Under the pieces are notes generated by a model. It saw nothing but the letters and a program-made list of their open reading frames with translations. It made no database searches and had not been told where the DNA came from. Below are positions 25,971 through 41,555 of a stretch of 64,000 nucleotides of DNA, piece after piece. A program made the position numbers and the translations under genes. This DNA is from the human T2T-CHM13v2.0 reference genome, Homo sapiens, in assembly GCF_009914755.1 (NCBI RefSeq), contig NC_060942.1. One strand, given 5' to 3'. Position 1 is the stretch's first letter. Every line of letters begins with the position of its first letter.

Positions 25971-27200
25971 ACAATAAATAAACAAGCTAAAGACTGAGTA
26001 AAAATATTACATATTTTCATATAGAGAGAGAAGGAGAGAAAAAAGGGATTTCTCTTCAGAGTATATAAAATATTTACAGAAATCAGTAATGAGAAATTAA
26101 ACATTTCAATTAAAAAATGGGCAAGCTATACTTCACCGGGGAAGATATATGGATAGCCAAACACCACAAGAAAAGATATTCAATATCATTCATCATAGTA
26201 GATTAAATGGTGGCTCTCAAAAGATATGCTCATGTCCTAATCTCTGGAATCTGTAAATGTTATTAACATTCACAGATGTAATTATGTTAAAGATCTTGAT
26301 ATAAGAAGACCGTCCTGGATTATCTGGGTGGGCCCTAAATCCAATAACAAGTTTTCTCATAAGAGATAAACAGAGGAACAGACAGACACAGAGTTGAGGA
26401 CGATGTGAAGAGAACAAACAGAGATTGGAGTAATTAGATTCCAAGTGAAGGAATGTCAAGAGCTTCTAGAATTGAGAATCTTTAGAGGGAGTACAGCCCT
26501 GCCATCTCCTGGGTTTCAGACTTTGGCCTCCAGAAAAGTGAAAGATTAAATTTTAGTTGTTTCAAGTGATTGAATTTATGTTAATTTGTTATAGCAAATA
26601 CAGAAAGCTAATATAGTCACCAAAAAAATGCAAATTAAAACCACATTATACCAGTACCATCTTCTAAAATGATAAAAATAAAAAAGATAACATCCAATGT
26701 TGGAAGTATGTGAAGCAAACAAAATCTCACACATTGCAGATATAAGTAAAAAAAAATAGTATTACTATTTAAAAAACATTTTGCAGTTTCTTGTAAATGC
26801 TTTCTTAATAACTAATGATGAAATTGTTCTATATCTTGACAAATGTGTGAGCTACCCAAGTGTTCATATTTGTCAAATTGTCAGCTCTCACCAAACCATA
26901 CAGTTAAGAGCTGGGCATTTTACCATATTTAATTATACCTTTATAGGAACAAAAAAAATTTTAATGCAAATTTAAATTAAAAAACGATGCTAGCAAAAAT
27001 AATTGATGGTGATAGAAATCTGAATATAGGTGGCCTCTGTAAAAATATTGATGAAAAGGGTCATAAACTTTTTGGAGTAATAAGGATTTTCTTCATCTTA
27101 ATTTGTGTGTATGTGTTTGCCAAAACTCATCAAACTACTCTGACCATCTCGACATTTTACTGCAGGTAAAGTGTATCTCAATAAAATTAAAATAATATTT
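25971..27200 (+). mobile_element. Old L1M ORF2 3' part and two successive 3'-end fragments
   Basis: AATTAAAAAATGGGCAAG and AAATGCAAATTAAAACCAC. Two L1M-type terminal motifs at ~26815-26960 and ~27060-27190. Confidence 0.65.
26194..26615 (+). mobile_element. MLT1C solo LTR nested in L1M
   Basis: AATGGTGGCTCTCAAAAGATATG, CCTGGATTATCTGGGTGGGCCCTAAATCCAAT and GACTTTGGCCTCCAGAA, ending GCTAATATA. Confidence 0.85.
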
Positions 27201-27361
27201 AAAATAAACTGTGATTCCAAGTATACAAGGAAATAATTAATTAATAAATATAATAGAAATGCTTTCTATCTGCCAGTGGTGCTATATAATGCAGATTGAG
27301 AAGGACAAGTTCCTAGAAGTGGTAAAGTCAGAAACTGAAGTGTGTTTTCATGCTTTCCTTG

Positions 27362-27570
27362 TTTAAAAAGTAGACGCAGGGTACATGTGCAAGTTTGTTA
27401 TATAAATATATTGTGTAGTGATGAGATCTGTGCTTCTCATGTATCCATCGCCAAAATAGTGAACTTTGTACCCAATAGTTAATTTTTCAATCATCACCTC
27501 CCTCCCAACCGCCCTCCTTTTGGACTTCCCAGTGTCTGTTATTCTCTTCTGTATGTCCATGTGTACCTAG
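27362..27570 (-). mobile_element. L1PB/L1PA16-like 3' end fragment
   Basis: GGGTACATGTGCAAGTTTGTTA..AATAGTGAACTTTGTACCCAATAG..TATGTCCATGTGTACC. Confidence 0.8.
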
Positions 27571-28109
27571 TGAAATATTGAAGCATTTTGTAGCCAAAAA
27601 AGTCAGAAATCAGAGGGCTTTAAAGGCAATAGAGTGATAACATTAATAGAAGAAAAGTGACAATAAAAAAAGATCCTCTAGGAGATGATAAATGAAACAC
27701 TGTGTGTAGAAAGAAGCAGCTAACATGGCAAATTATGGCCATGATATATGTCAAATGTAAAACTAGACACAGGCTAATTTATGAAAGGCTTTGAATTTCA
27801 AACTATAAGATCTCGTAGCCATACATAAACAATATACACCTGCCCGTTATTTCTACTCAAAAAAATTTTTAGTATACTTATAGTAAGATCCTTAGTCACC
27901 AGTGTCATAGACAAATAAGAAGAAAAATATATTTTCTTAATTATGGACAATATGGGAAAGAAGTACCCTAACGGACAACTATTCTACTCTCAATATTCCA
28001 GGATGAGAGGGTTCAGTGGCTTAATGTGTCTTCCCTTCAAGCCACGAACCAATAGAAATATTAATTTTTGCAAGAGAAGTCTCTGGAAGTCACTTAGGAA
28101 AACGAATGG

Positions 28110-28300
28110 GCCTTCAAATTTAAAAAAATCACTTACCAGCTGTGTAATTTTAGAAAGTTATTTGTTTCTTTTATCTTCAATGTTTCACCTTAAAATCAGT
28201 CAAATACTCACAATATATGGTTATAATGAAAGTTTCTGTGAGTTAATGGGTATAAAGTAACTGGCACAGCTGTCAGGATGTGGCAACTGCTCAATGTTGT
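28110..28300 (+). mobile_element. MIR fragment
   Basis: CACTTACCAGCTGTGTAATTTTAGAAAGTTATTT and TGAGTTAATGGGTATAAAGTAACTGGCACAG. Confidence 0.55.
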
Positions 28301-28589
28301 GAGTACCTCTCTTTTCTTGGTCCTCCTGCAGGCTGATTTGGCTGACAACAGCTTGAGAATGAATCTCTGAAGAACAACTAGACAATGCCCTGGTTCTTGG
28401 GAAAACATATGTAGAACTTTGTCTCAGAACAAAGGAAAGGCTGCCCACATAATGTCTTCTAGTTAATTTGAATGCACAGCGTATTTTCTCTGTAGGGAAA
28501 GAGCCCCCACAGGGGTTAGGGTCCTTTGATTTAGAGATTGAACTTCTTGTTCTTTGTCATAACTAACCATGATTTCTTACTCAAAATCT

Positions 28590-29500
28590 CTCTTGGCATC
28601 CTTGACACCACAATCTTGGTTTTGCTCAGGTCTTTCTAACTTCTACAGCCTCTTTTGCTAATCTTGTTTTTCCTCATGGGGACTTGTCTATGGATGACTC
28701 CCAAATCTTGGTCTTCAGTTTAGATTTTTTTCCTGTGCTCCAGAACTCTATTTCCACTGCACGTTATGATATTATATTTCTATTTTCATGTTACAAAAGC
28801 ATCACCAATTCAATTCCCCTTTAACAATTGAACTTACCCTCTAAAACCTGTGGGTGAAGGGGTGTGTGTGTGTGTGTGTGTGTGTGAGTGTGTTTAGGCA
28901 TATACATGTTCCAAATATAAATGAATGCCATCATTAGCTACCTGACAACTAAAATAAAAGTCTAATGTTGTCACTGACTACTTTGGCTTCCTCTTGCTAT
29001 ATCCACCCTCCACAGATCACCAGTTCTATTTACTTATATATTTTTTAAACCTATAACTTTCATTCGATTCCAGCAGCCTTCATCCTAGTTTAGGCTGTTA
29101 TGTACTCTCTGTGAGTTTGTGCAAGAGCTGCCTGATCCTAACTGAGCTCACTGCTTCTATTATCATTTCAAAAGTTTTTTTTATTCTTTTCTCTATACAG
29201 AATGATCATTTTAACATGCAATACAAAGTAAATGTAACAGGTATTATATTTAAAATATGAATAAACAAACAAATATGAGTACATCCCTGCCTAACTCTCT
29301 CCAGTATTTCTTCCAATATCTTCAGAATGTAATATGAACTCCCACAGAGAGTCCTTCATGATCTAGCCTCTCCTTACCTCTCTATCCTTAATCCTCAACA
29401 CTACTGCTAGCATGCATTGTGTTCTTCTACTTGTAGTAACTTGGCATATTAGAAACTTTTTTTAGTATGTCATCCTCCCTTGCATTTTAGAACTGTAATT
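28590..29500 (+). mobile_element. L2 fragments containing a (TG)n tract at ~28862-28893
   Basis: ATGACTCCCAAATC..TCCTGTGCTCCAGA, CAGATCACCAGTTCT and CCTTCATGATCTAGCCTC. Confidence 0.6.
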
Positions 29501-30559
29501 CCTCATGTGGCTTGTACTCCCCCACACTGTTATTTGGGTAATTGTTTGGATATTGTATCATCTTTAAATATTTGTTCATCTCCCAGTTTTGAATCTTACT
29601 CTCATTCTTTTCTAAAACAGTAGATGAAAAGTTAAAAGGAACCCTGTATGACTATTGCAGAAGGAGTATAAAGGGAACTGAGGAAGTGCAGGGGTAGAGG
29701 GAAGGTTGAGTACATTTCTCTTCCCATGTGCACTATGCAATTTTGTTGTTTGGTGTTCAAGGCAGCATTGATGCTAAATTCTTCTCTCTCCTTCTAAATT
29801 GATGGTTATGCTGAAGACAGGGATGCCTTTGCTTGAATTTAGATGTGAGACAAATCTGATGAAAAACTCAGAAGTACAATTGAATTCATTGAGGAAAAAT
29901 TACAGTAAATGTATATTTTTTATTTTATCAAAAACATTATTTAATAAAAAGCATAGGAAAAATCTCAGCTCATTTTTTCTTTTATGATAATCACCAGTAT
30001 TTTGACTTATTGAACCTTAAATGTATTCTAGATTTCATGTTAGAATAAAAGCTTACAACAGTCAATCTTTTTCTCCCAAGCTTAAACTTGATCCCAAAAT
30101 TTCACATGAATGTTGGAAAATCTCATCTTAGGTCATTGCCAACTCTTATATTGCTATTGCCACTTGGTCTCGGTGCCTTCTATAAGATCTAAACCGAGAA
30201 GACAAAGACATCTTCTTATACAATCTTCTCCAGCATAAGAGAAGCAGGTGACACTCCATCTTAACTTCTGCAATAAACTCTTTCCTACCTCGGAGAAGAC
30301 TGGACCCTTGTCTCACTTTACAATATCTCCACTTCCTCTCAATACAGCTGCACTTTCATTCACCTCAACAATGAACAATCCATAATACAACATTATAGCC
30401 CTCATAAAGAGCAGAAAAGTGGAAGAACATGGGATATAAAAGAGTCCCATTTGGTTTGTGCTTATACTTACTCTTAAATTTTTAGCTTGTATACTTAGAG
30501 AAGGCTAAGACTAAAGTTATTATCGTTTCCTACTTCCAATCATCCTTTCTAATATCACA

Positions 30560-30860
30560 TGCTTTTATTTTCAAGAATTTTAGTTCAAATTTGTTTTTGT
30601 TCCTTCTTCTAATTTGTTATTTCCCTACGAAGTTGATGTTCATTTAAATTTCTTTATGTGCTGACCAATTTATTACTCCCATTCTTTCTTGCATTTGAGT
30701 TCTTCTTTGGGGTTCAATATTCTCCTTTTGAAGCGTATCTTTTTGAGGTACCTTTAGTGAGTATCTGTTGGTGAAAACTAATCTGCCTGTTTGCCGGAAA
30801 ATGATGTGATTTACTCTTTTATCTTTAATAATTTTTTTGAACATAAGATCCCTGCTTTCA
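30560..30860 (-). mobile_element. Old L1ME/HAL1-type ORF1 3' fragment
   Basis: CCCATTCTTTCTTGCATT..CCTTTAGTGAGTATCTGTTGGTG..GAAAATG resembles the reverse of the L1ME ORF1 end. Confidence 0.5.
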
Positions 30861-31118
30861 AAATAGTACAATCTCCTAAAAAAATCAAAGTATGTATGTA
30901 GACATATACATATAGTAACACATTTTACATTTGGTTACTTTTCAGAACTCACATGTTCAATATTATGTTTGATTTTCAAACATATAAAACTATTGTGATT
31001 TTGATTATCATACTTGAATATATGAATTCAAAGCCCTGAAGTAAAATACTTGCCAGCTAAAATCCAATACTCAATTATACTGTAGGAGTTAGTATGAAGT
31101 AAATATCTTTACTGCTTC

Positions 31119-32428
31119 TTTTTTTTAAAACTCTATGTTCTAGGATACATGTACAGAATGTGCAGGTTTGTTACATAGGTATACATGTGTCATGGTGGGT
31201 TGCTGCACCTATCAACCCATCATCCAGGTTTTAAGCCCCACATGCCTTAGGTATTTGTCCTAATTCTTTCCCTACCCTTGCTCCCCACCCCCTGACAGGC
31301 CCCAGTGTGTGATATTCCCCTCCCTGTGTCCATGTGTTCTCATTGTTCAACTCCCACTTGTGAGTGGGAACATGCGGTGTTTGGTTTTCTGTTCTTGTGT
31401 TAGCTGCTGAGGATGATGGCTTCTAGCTTCATCCATGTCCTTGCAAAGGACGTGAACTCATTCTTTTTTATGGCTGCATAGTATTGCATGGTGTATATGT
31501 GCCACATTTTCTTTATCCAGTCTACCATTGATGGGCATTTTGGTTGGTTCCAAGTCTTTGCTATTGTAAGTAGTGCTGCAATAAACATACATGTGCATGT
31601 GTCTTTATAGTAGAATGATTTATAATCCTTTGGGTATATACCCAGTAATGGGATTTCAGGGTTTCTCATTCTAGATCCGTGAGGAATCACCACACTGTCT
31701 TTCACAATGGCTGGACTAATTTACATTCCCATCAACAGTGTAAAATCATTCCTATCTCTCCACGGCCACGCTAGCATCTATTGTTGTTGACCTTTTAAGA
31801 ATCGCCATTCTGAGTGGCATGAGATGGTATCTCATTGTGGTTTTGATTTGCATTTCTCTAATGATCAGTGATGATAAGCTTTTTTCATATGTTTATTAGC
31901 TGCACAAATGTCGTCTTTTGAGAAGTGTCTATTCATATCCGTTGCCCATTTTTTGATGGGGTTGTTTGTTTTTTTCTTGTTAATTTGTTTAAGTTCCTTG
32001 TAGATTCTGGATATTAGACCTTTGTCAAATGGGTAGATTCAAAAATTTTCTGTCATCCTGTAGGCTGCCTGTTCACTCTGATGCTAGTTTCTTTTTCTGT
32101 GCAGAAGCTCTTTTGTTTAATTGGATCCCATTTGTCAATTTTGGCTTTCGTTGTAATTGCTTTTGGTGTTTTAGTCATGAAGTCTTTGCCCAAGCCTATG
32201 TCCTGAATGGTATTGCCTTGGTTTTCTTCTAGAGTTTTTACAGTTTTGGGTTTCACACTTAAGTCTTTAATCCATCTCGAGCTAATTTTTGTATAAGGTA
32301 TAAGGAAGAGGTCCAGTTTCAGTTTTCTGCATATGGGTAGCCAGTTTTCCCAGAACCATTTATTAAATAGGGAATTCTTTCCTCATTGCTTGTTTCTCTC
32401 AGGTTTGTGGAAGATCAGATGGTTGTAG
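31119..32428 (-). mobile_element. L1PA8-like element, 5'-truncated (~1.3 kb)
   Basis: 3'UTR carries the L1PA8-type AGGTTTTAAGCCCCACATGC segment. ORF2 C-terminal fragments at 31400..31705 and 32053..32256. Confidence 0.9.
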
Positions 32429-32479
32429 TATGATTTAGAAGATATTTACAAGGGCATAAATATCTTTTCAATCATACAA

Positions 32480-34885
32480 GAGCCAAAGGATTTTTTTTTT
32501 CTTACCAGTAAACCTTAATTAAATGAAATTGTTAAACACGTTCTTCACACAAAATGAAAGTTATCAATTGGAAAGATAGGGACATAGGAATAAAGAACAA
32601 TTAAAAATGAACAAAAAGGAATATCTAAATAATATCCTATAGGGGTTCTAAATATAAGTATAAATTGTATGTAAGTCAACAATTGCATATAAGTTAAGAG
32701 AAATATTAATGGAGTTTAAATAATTTTGCATATTTTAGGTAGAATAAATATAACAAGTTATTTTAGTCTTCAGTAAGTCAATATGCATGTTCTCATCTCC
32801 AGGGTAGCATATATATATATAAAATATATATATTATATATATATATAAAATATATATATTATATATATATAAAATATATATATTATATATATATATAAAA
32901 TATATATATTATATATATATATATAAAATATATATATTATATATATAAAATATATATATTATATATATATAATATATATATTATATATATATAAAATATA
33001 TATATATAATATATATATTATATATATATATAAAATTTCTAAGCCAATAGAGGGGAAACAGAATAATAAATAATCATTAATTCAAAAGATGTTAAGAACA
33101 AGAGAAAAAAGAGCATAGTAAATGGTAAGGCTAAATTATTATACACAAAATATCAGTAATGGTATTAAGTATGAATGGACTATAAGCTCCAATTAAAGAC
33201 TAAATGAATAGAAGACATCACCACAGATTTTACAGACATTAAATAATTATAAAATAATTTTATTTAAAAATTTTTACTAATAAATTAAAAAATTCAAACA
33301 AAATGACAAATTTCTAAGTAAATAAAAATGTGGAAAATGGAAACAAGATGAAATAGAAAATTAGAGTAGTCTTCTACCAGGAAAAATAAATCTAGAGTTA
33401 TACATTTTCCACAAACAAAATTTCAGTCTCAGAAAGACGATGTGAATAAGTTGAACAAGTATTCATGCATATTAGCAAATGTTCTTATATATAAATAGCA
33501 TAATTTTATACATAGAAAGTTTTAAAATTATTTACAAATTATCAGAATTAGAGAATTTTGTAAAATTATTTCATAACAAGTCAATATATAAAATTAATTG
33601 TTAAGGGTCCAGAAGGAGACTCTCAAATATATGATCACCTAATTTATGACAAAGATGGAATGGTAGTACAACAAAGAAGTGATGGAATTTCCTGTAAATG
33701 GTGCTAGATAAATTGATTATCTAAATGGAAAAAAATGGATTGTGACAACTGTCATCTCCCATCATAATCAAAAATTAATTCCAGATATTAATGTTAATGT
33801 AAAAAGTTAAATAAAAAAGGTTTAAAGGAAATTAAGGGAGAAATAACTTCGTGGTAAAGAAATTTCTGTCAAAAAATATATTAAAAACATGGGAAGGAAA
33901 AAATAATATATTGAATTGCATTAATATGAAGAATGTCTCTTCATCTAAGGGCACTATTAAGGGAATAAAACTGCAAGCCACAGAATATGAGAAGATATTT
34001 GAAATTCATAAATCGGATTTTAAAAATTTGTATCCAGAATGTATGTAATAAACTACAAATCAATAAGAAAGAGGTAGAAAACCTAATACAAATATCAGCA
34101 AAAACTTGGATACTTCAACAAAGAAGATATGCATTTAATTAATAAACATATGAAAGATTATCAATTTAATTGGTTATCTGGGATATGCTAAGAAAAACTA
34201 TAGTTAAATTCCACAGCACAAAAATGAAATAGTAATTTTAAAAACGCAAAAATTACCTAGTGTCAGTTAAACTGTATATCAACAGAAACTTTCAAACAAT
34301 GCTGATATAACCACTCTGAAAATCTTTTTGATAGTATCTTATAAGGTTGGGCATACATGTAGTTTCAGACCCAACAATTTGCTTCTTACATACCTAACAG
34401 ATTTTTATATTCACTAAAATATATGGGCAAGAATCTTCATAAAAATTACCCTAAAGAGTCCCAAACTGTAAACAATAAATAACCAGTAGAATAGAAAAAT
34501 ATAATATATAAATTAACAGTAGAATAAATAAGTAATACTATATTTATACAATGGTATATTGTACAGCAATAAGAATGAACTATCTACACTACCTGCAACA
34601 ATGTAAATGAATCTCACAAAATTATTTTAGGCAAAGAACACAAGACAGAAAAAAGTACATAACCAAATTTCAATAATGTAAAATTATAAAGCAGTCAAAA
34701 TTAATCTATGGTGCTAAAAGTCAGAATAGCAATGACTCTAGCAGGCAGTGGACAGGTAGAAACTGCACAAAGGGTTTTAGTAATATGTTGCTTGATCAGG
34801 GTGCTAGTTTCAGATTTGTTTATGAGTACTCATCAAGCTGTATCCTTACAATGTGTACAGTTTTCTATAGGTACGTAAATAAATG
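32480..34885 (+). mobile_element. Old L1ME-type element, internally deleted, with 3' end
   Basis: Decayed ORF2 motifs (AATTTATGACAAAGATGG, GCAAGCCACAGAATATGAGAAGATATTTG) and 3'-end motifs (AATCTATGGTGCTAAAAGTCAGAATAG). Confidence 0.7.
32809..33038. repeat. 230-bp pure A/T compound (TA)n minisatellite
   Basis: No G or C from 32809 to 33038. Repeating unit approximately TATATATATAAAATATATATAT. Confidence 0.95.
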
Positions 34886-35106
34886 AAACTACACTAAATA
34901 TGTAGATCAGATTAGGTGCCACCTGTTTAGAACTTTGGTCACTTCCCATTATAGTTAAAATAATCAAAATTATAAAATCACTTTTATTATGGAAAACTTT
35001 ATACAATTATGAAAAATTTAGATAGATTATATGTTTTCTAGAAAATATATTATTCCAGAAAAATGATAGAATTTGAGGAGTCCAATCACTTTAGAAGTAA
35101 TTTGAA

Positions 35107-37290
<2,184 letters not shown>

Positions 37291-37293
<3 letters not shown>

Positions 37294-37587
37294 AAACAAC
37301 AACGACCCTCAAACCTAAAGTCACAATGGAAAAAGAACAAATGCACAATGAGATGCAGCCTGCTTGGGGAGAAGGCTAATGATCAGAGAGGACCACCAGC
37401 CAAGGCATTGTAACTAGCTTTGATTACTCAAGACCCAACAGGGACCCACAAGAATGATAAAGATAGACTATTTCACCAGGGAGGATGGTCAAATCAAATC
37501 ACTTTATAAAGAATGGAATGCAACATTTTGTACCTCATGAATCTATTTTGAAAGCCTTAGAAATAAAATTTTCTACAGCAAAAAAAA
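37291..37587 (+). other. Probable L1 3'-transduced sequence with its own AATAAA and poly(A)
   Basis: Non-L1 sequence after the L1 tail. AATAAA at 37562-37567 and an A-run at 37580-37587. TSD AGAAGTAATTTGAA at 37588-37601 is identical to 35093-35106. Confidence 0.88.
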
Positions 37588-37601
37588 AGAAGTAATTTGA
37601 A

Positions 37602-38150
37602 ATATAAACAAAGATCTACTCTAGAAAACACACCAGCCACTGAAAGTATGATGAAAAAATTATACTAATTAAGAAACAGATGATGCAGATATGTTAAATA
37701 CACTGTTCCAAAACATAATGAAACAGAATATTTCACAACATAACCTATCAGTTTGCAGTAGCATCAGCATCAAAACAAAATATTATCAGGGTACAAGCAT
37801 TTCTATATGCACAATCACACACATTTATACGTACAAATATACAGAAAGAAGGCCAATCTCACCTATAAACATAACATAAATTCAAAATAAAATATTGTAA
37901 GTTTATTCTAAGCCAATAATAAAATAATTTTTTAAATATTAACCAATTTAAAAAGACAAACGTCATCATTTTAGTTTATGCTGAAAAAAGTCATTTAATA
38001 AAATTCAATAATCTTTCCATATAATGCTCTCTTAGCTTGATAGAGCTTTTCTACCAGAAACTTGTAGCATACTAACATGATAAATAGTGATAAAATAGTT
38101 AAAGCTATATTCATGCAAGAAGTTAAGTGTGTCTGCCTTCAAAGAGAATA
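37602..38150 (+). mobile_element. Old L1M ORF2 fragment (continuation of the host at ~34960-35092)
   Basis: AGAAAACACACCAGCC, ACTGTTCCAAAACATA, GGCCAATCTCACCTATAAACATA and GCTGAAAAAAGTCATTTAATAAAATTCAA. Confidence 0.6.
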
Positions 38151-38157
38151 AACTGAC

Positions 38158-38346
38158 CATATATATACACACACACAGCTGATATATATATACATAACTG
38201 ATATATATATACACATAGCTGATATATATACATAGGCGATATATAATATATATAACCAGTAAAATAGAAAAGTATAATAAATTCACAGTATAAATAATTA
38301 TATTTTTAGCTATAACAACTATATATATAGCTGATATATATATATT

Positions 38347-38380
<34 letters not shown>

Positions 38381-38385
38381 TATAT
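38158..38385. repeat. Compound (TA)n/(CA)n repeat with recurring GCTGATATATA units
   Basis: Read directly from the sequence. Confidence 0.85.
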
Positions 38386-38962
38386 CTCAATTTTTAGCTA
38401 TATCAGCTCAGCTCTCTCTGATACAGATAAAAATTGAGTTCAACCAGAATTGGATGCTTATCAACAGGCACAATTCTCTAATTTTCTACATATCATTAAT
38501 AATTGACTAGAAAATGATATAATAGCTATTTATTATCACAGCTATTTTTTTAAGATTTGTGGATAGAGAATGAACATGAGCTTTAATGAGATCACCGGAA
38601 TTATGATGAGCAGGTTTAGAATTTGGAGCATCCTAAAGTTAAGGCATAGAATATGTCCTTGTGATATTCAGAGCCAGCTTTGGACAAAACTACACAATGC
38701 AAAGATTGACATATGCCTATTTTCTAACCATTCTTAAATATCATTCTAGCTCCTGATGATTGACATTTTAATGCTGCTCCAGATATCACAGTCCTTCCCT
38801 CACACACACAGTGAAATATTGCCTTTCCTGAACTGTATCCATGTGTCTTTACTCACTCCTTCCTCCAAACATAGATTTATCCACCCTATAATTCCATGGT
38901 CTTAGTGCTCCAATCTCTCTTTACCAAGGTATAGAAAAGTTCATTTAGAAACTTCATGGTAA

Positions 38963-39283
<321 letters not shown>

Positions 39284-41469
39284 TAATGACTTAAAACTTT
39301 AATATGTCACCACTCCAATGCTTATTTGCTTATTTTGGTGAAGCAGAAACTTTATTTCAAAGGACTGAGTCTTTAATGAAGGTAAAATGTTAGAAACAGA
39401 GAAAGAAGTATTTGAAGTGAAAACATTGATGGGAGAAAAATAAATGAACACTGGTTTTCTCCTACCCCATGGTTTCCACAGACTTGGATAAGTAAAAGTA
39501 AAATTAGCATATTAATGAGATAGATACATCTTTGAATGAACCCAGCAAAAACAAAATAAAATACAACAAAAAGTGATGTGAGGTTTAAAATTTATTCTTT
39601 TCCACCCAAGTTGGGGCTTGGTAGTGAGGATTGGTCTGCTAGTAGGGATGGCTCAAGAGAAAGCAAAAGACTAGCATCAATGAGTCAAGAATAAATCTGT
39701 GATAGTGCTTTCATTTAAATAATAGGAAACTCAGCCCCTACTTAGTGCAGAGCCTTGTACACACTAACGATGGATGCATACATTAAGTTCTTTGCCCAGT
39801 ATGTTCCTTTCTTACTGGACAGCTTGTTGAAAATGCAAGACCACAGGCCCATACCCAACAGATTTTGGGGTAGGGCCAAAAGTTAGCATTTTTGATGTGC
39901 AGGTGAGGTGATCTAATGTCACACTGAAAAATAATAGAAATGTGATTACTTCTTTGAACAACAGATGGCAGTAGAGTCAAAAGAAAGATTTTCCTAGCCC
40001 CAGCAATTGTCAGGAAACAGAGGCGTGGTATCTTTGACCCTTCTCCTTTGCAAAGGAATGCTTTAGAAAATAAAGAGCTTCTTTAAAAGTTTGCCAGCTC
40101 AAAACATCATTCTTATCATATATGATTCTTTTACCCGATGACACCTTATATGTTTTCAGTAATTAAAAATTTTTTAAACTTTTAAAAAATATCTATTATT
40201 GCATTGTCCTGCTCCACGAAGACTATTTACTCTACCCACTCACCTACTCAAAATTTATATTTGAAATGATTATTTATAATCATTAAAATAATATTTGAGT
40301 ATCTACACGGTTTGCTATTTTATCTACTCAACAAAGCTAATGCAATTTTAAGTTTGTGCAGTTTATTCCAGGGTAGACTCTGGGAAACCATACTCACATA
40401 CTTCTGAGAGATACAAATAAATACAAAGATAATTAAGGGCAAGAGAATTTGGTAAATGATATCAGTCCATCCTTGGAAAATTCAATATTTTTTCAGCATG
40501 AGATGACATGAGGGTTGGGGCCTAAGTTTCCAAAAACAGTAAGTCCAACAGAGAGATGGGAGAGAGAGGTCATAGGAGGGAATATTCCCTGCAGGGGACC
40601 CCATTTTGCAAAAAATGGTGACTTAGGGGAATCTCAGGTAACTTAGTATGACTGGGGCAAAGATTTCAGGTGGGATATAAAATAAATTTAGTCAGAATAA
40701 GAGGAGACCAGACCATTAAAAGTCTCAATTCCCAAGCTAAGAAACTTGGAGTGTTCAAAGTACAATACCATGGAGTATAAAGTAGGCAAGTACAAAGCTC
40801 AGTCACATCCATTGTACCCTTTGGTCTTCATAAAACCAGATGAGGTGGTCAGGAAAGAATTCTGATAAAAATGTATTAGAGGAAGATACAAAGTATTGGA
40901 AGTATTAAGTAATATCCCCCAAGATCATACACCTCTGTTTGGAACAGACCTAGAAAGAGAAAGAGGCTTCTGAGTTATGCTCAATATTCTGCCCAAGACA
41001 TTCAACAGCCTCATGCCCTACATGCACTTGGCCCGCAAGACATAACCACTTCCACAATTCACTGAGCACCCACTTTGAGTCTGTCAAAGATTAAATCTTT
41101 CACATGAAACCTACCCGGAGAGCTATTAAGCCCATCAAACAGACAAGGATGTTGTGACTCTGAAAGTCAGGAAGGTGGAACAAATTTTAGAGAATGAAGG
41201 GTTCGAGGAATGTAAATTTTATTGGTCTTAACTTTAGATATGTTTCCTATCCAGCTGTGTCAGGAGCAATGAAATAATGTGCTCTGCTCGCTCTTGATCT
41301 TTGGGCATTTGTGGTTGAGAAAGCATTGTGTTTAGAACTATAGAAAAATGACAGAAAATTAAACATTCCTGTAAATTTCAAGCTTTCCTATTTCTTGAAT
41401 TGACCTTATCTTCAGACTGAAACATCCTCATTTTGTACTCCTAAACAGATCATATGAAGTTCATATTAA

Positions 41470-41555
41470 TATTCATGCCTTACAGATGAGGAAATTGAGA
41501 TCCAGTGAGGTTAAATCACTTGTACCTACACAGCTAATAAATGTCAGGCAGACAA
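41470..41555 (-). mobile_element. MIR core fragment
   Basis: TTACAGATGAGGAAATTGAGATCCAGTGAGGTTAAATCACTTG. Confidence 0.75.

Noticed and set aside
28306-28440. Strong-looking plus-strand splice acceptor (CCTCTCTTTTCTTGGTCCTCCTGCAG)
   Set aside because: No good downstream donor or ORF, and isolated acceptors are common by chance.
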